This document shows positions 62,672 to 64,000 of a DNA stretch of 64,000 nucleotides, in pieces. The notes below the pieces were generated by a model, which searched no databases, had not been told where the DNA came from, and saw only the letters and a list, made by a program, of their open reading frames with translations. Source of the DNA: Pristiophorus japonicus (taxonomy: Eukaryota). Every line of letters begins with the position of its first letter. The first letter of the stretch is position 1. The position numbers and the translations under genes are program-made. The DNA lies in NCBI RefSeq assembly GCF_044704955.1, contig NC_091993.1, positions 21,762,001 to 21,826,000 on the forward strand. Direction: 5' to 3'.

Positions 62672-64000
62672 GTGATTTTCCTACTTCTCTTACTTTTCCA
62701 AAAATTATAATTCAGTGAATATTGCATCGTAGCTTAGCGGTTACAATATCGGCTTCTTTTGGGAGGGAGGGTTAATGGGAAATGCGGCTCAAGATACTTT
62801 GACTGTGAAACAAGCAAATCCACAATTGTCATTACGATGGCGTGAATTTGCCTGTTGGAGGTAATGACCAGATTATGTTGTGGCTTTGTGTCTCTTGTTG
62901 AGAGGGAGGGGTTGCAATCTTAAATGCAGCTTCCGTCAGCAGAAAATCAAGTGGGAATGACACAATAGTTGTATATCTTGTCCCTTCTTAAAAGATCCAG
63001 TATAATCGCACTTAATTGGTTGTAATAAAGTTGCATGATACTAATTTTGCAGTTGAAACATTGCTAAAACTGAGTAGTTAAATTGGAGTCCAATCTGCAG
63101 ACTACTGTAGCAGTCCAAATTGCTGGTTTGACTGTTAATCTTGTCTTATTAAAAGACACACATTAAGTTTTTTGCAGTTTGTTGCAAGGTTTGGAGGTGG
63201 GGTGTGGCTGACAACGAGCCTGGATTTATAAACCGCTCAAACCATTTGAGATGCTGAACTGTGTCTCCGTATGTATGCCTCCTTATTTCTGCTTTTATAT
63301 TGAATCTCGATCAGCAACCACCACTGAGAAGCTGCCAATTGCTGCTTTCCGATGGCCTTGAGCAGTCTGATGTCCTTGTGAGCATACATGTTTACAGAGG
63401 CACACTGAGTGGGGGAATGATTCTGAGGAATTGGGTCATTGGAGATTGGATGGATGGGGAAAAGAGAATTACAGGTACATATGTGGAATAAGGTCCCAAC
63501 AAATGTAGTTACCCTCCAGTCCTGAGCAGCAGGAAGTGAGCAAATGGAAGTTTAAAAATAGAGGGGAAAGAGAGAAGCACAAAATGGCAGGAGAAAGCCA
63601 GATTAGCAATAAGAGGAAATAAAACTGCACTGATAAAATTAGAAGCAATGTTGTAATCAACAGAAAATTACAACCAATCTTTAAATTTGAAACCTAATTC
63701 TTGTAAGCAAGTAACTGAAATGTGTTTCATTGTTTCCACGCTTAACATTGGTGTGTGCATAGAGAAAAGGATCAAAGCTCCAAAGAAAAGCACAGGAAGT
63801 GTGTGCAGTGTGGGAGCAAGGGTGCTGATTACAATTCAATGTCTGAGTCTCGGTAACTGCTCAGTCAGTTCCCCACCACCAAACCCGGGGATGTTGGCAG
63901 CAATCACAGCTGTAGGGGCTGCAATTCCCCAAATTGATAAATCGGGAGATGTATCATTTCCAGCAGGGCAGTTGTGTCCTATTACTATATCGAGGCATGT

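Noticed and set aside
59893-62718. Standalone 941-aa gene
   Set aside because: It starts at TTG and is in frame with an upstream acceptor; it is TICRR exon 20.

Overview
Eukaryotic, repeat-rich vertebrate DNA. The repeat families (Deu-domain SINEs, CR1, L2, RTE, Penelope, a ~67-bp tandem unit) point to a cartilaginous fish, probably a shark; this is an inference. Bases ~24.5-64 kb hold the promoter and first 20 coding exons of TICRR (Treslin) on the + strand. By hand these splice into one open frame of 6187 nt (~2062 codons), and the last exons lie beyond the window. Bases 1-24 kb are intergenic. They contain two decayed Mag-type Gypsy LTR retrotransposons head-to-head with different LTRs, a third truncated copy, nested LINE/SINE/MITE insertions, and two unique motif-dense blocks that look like conserved enhancers. 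I found no clearly new multi-gene system. The best leads are CTCF-like motifs in the LTRs, Penelope hammerhead-ribozyme remnants, an LF-SINE-like element that appears to seed a tandem repeat, a nine-CCAAT promoter with a uORF, and an internally repeated Treslin exon 20. Repeat family names come from recall, and repeat boundaries are approximate unless a TSD or TIR is quoted.
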